Source: Octopus bimaculoides (Eukaryota). Taken from it: 64,000 bases of DNA. Made by a program: the position numbers and the translations under genes. The notes below the pieces were generated by a model. That model saw only the letters and a program-made list of their open reading frames with translations, was not told the origin of the DNA and did no database searches. Within the stretch, counting starts at the first letter, position 1, and every line of letters begins with the position of its first letter. The stretch is from contig NC_068984.1 of NCBI RefSeq assembly GCF_001194135.2, forward strand, positions 6,532,485-6,596,484. The letters are read 5' to 3'. Shown here one piece after another: positions 62,726 through 64,000 of the stretch.

Positions 62726-63198
62726 TATGTATGTATGTATGTATGTATGTATGTATGTATGTTTGTATGTGCGCGTATGTATGTGTTTTATCACTTTTTC
62801 TATTCGTTAGCGACATCAGTGAAGTGTACTTCTCTCTTTTCCTCCTGCTTAGGTTTGTGTGTTTACATTTTTTATTTGTAATTTTCCTCCCTTCCTCTCC
62901 TCCTACTCTCTCTTTCTTCCCTTTATCTCTTTCTCTCTCTCTCTACCCATTTAATCCCTCTCTCTCTCACTTACCATCTCTTTCTTCCTTCCTTTCCTTC
63001 TCTCCGTCTCTATTCCTTCATTATTTACTGCTCATCTCACCCCACTCCCTCCCTCCCTCCCTCCNNNNNNNNNNNNCATTCAACAACTTATTTTTACTTT
63101 TCCACTCACAAATCCACCTCCTCCTCATTTTTTTCTTTTTCTCTTTCAATTTTCTCCTTTCGCTCTGTCATTGCCGTAGATCTATTTGTCTGCTGCTG

Positions 63199-63255
<57 letters not shown>

Positions 63256-63359
63256 ATTTCTTATTTGCTTCATACTCTCTCTGTCTGTCTCTTTTTCTTT
63301 CTGTCTCTTTTCTTTCTGTCTCTTTCTCGCAGCTACCCTGTACACCTTAGATATATACA

Positions 63360-63814
63360 CATAAATATATACAGATACAGACTTCCACACACACACGCAC
63401 ACACTGATAGACTCAAGGTAGAAGACACACCTACATTAATGTAACCATGGGCATCTTATGAATACTCTTATGAATACCTATAACTACATACACACACACA
63501 TACGTACATATATATGTGTGTGCGCGCCCGTGTGTGTGTATGTGTATATGTGTGTGAGTATACGTACTCACGGCACACTGCCTCACACACTCAAACGTAT
63601 ATACGTATGCACACAGACTTACATACATGTTCCTATATGTACACATATTTACACACACATACATCCATACACACACACATACCCAGGCACACACATAGAA
63701 ACATACAGACACACACACACACATATATACACACATACACCTACACACACATACACACATACACACACATATACACATACACACACTCACTCACTCAGAC
63801 AGACAGACACACAC

Positions 63815-63850
<36 letters not shown>

Positions 63851-63872
63851 CCACTCAGTCACACACACACGC
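63360..63872. repeat. CA/TA-rich low-complexity tract
   Basis: Visible directly; source of the His/Thr-rich pseudo-ORFs. Confidence 0.9.
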
Positions 63873-64000
63873 AGCAGATAAGATGGTGTTCTGATTATTA
63901 AAAATGAAGATAACGAACAACAATGGCTGCGGGTATTGCGATAATAGTTTTGGTAGGAGTATAGAGTGGTGTCGGTCCTTTACCGGTGATGGTTGTATAT

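Overview
This is an AT-rich, gap-riddled eukaryotic window, most likely from a draft Octopus assembly. That assignment is an inference from the dense (TA)n/(CA)n/(TATC)n/(TAA)n arrays and the recurring tRNA-derived SINE families. I cannot support any intact host protein-coding exon; nearly all listed ORFs are microsatellite or N-gap artefacts, or decayed transposon genes. Repeat content: three recurring SINE families (called A, B, C here); three R4/Dong-clade LINE fragments at (TAA)n arrays; CR1-like LINE pieces; a Penelope-like RT plus GIY-YIG remnant; a near full-length mariner; a fold-back mariner derivative and a related MITE; a Tc1; a rosa/maT-like element; Tigger-type MITEs; a Buster-type hAT; and a Helitron helicase fragment. 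The most interesting observation is a set of type I hammerhead-ribozyme cores. One lies in a ~232-bp element with a tRNA-like Pol III head and a 5-bp target-site duplication, inserted into the hAT transposase (24598-24839). It is a candidate Pol III-driven, ribozyme-carrying non-autonomous retroelement that could be mobilised by Penelope-like elements. Unique islands contain TALE-, YY1- and CTCF-like motifs. A promoter-like segment at ~36420-36700 points into an assembly gap that may hide a first exon. SINE and LINE boundaries are approximate, read by eye.
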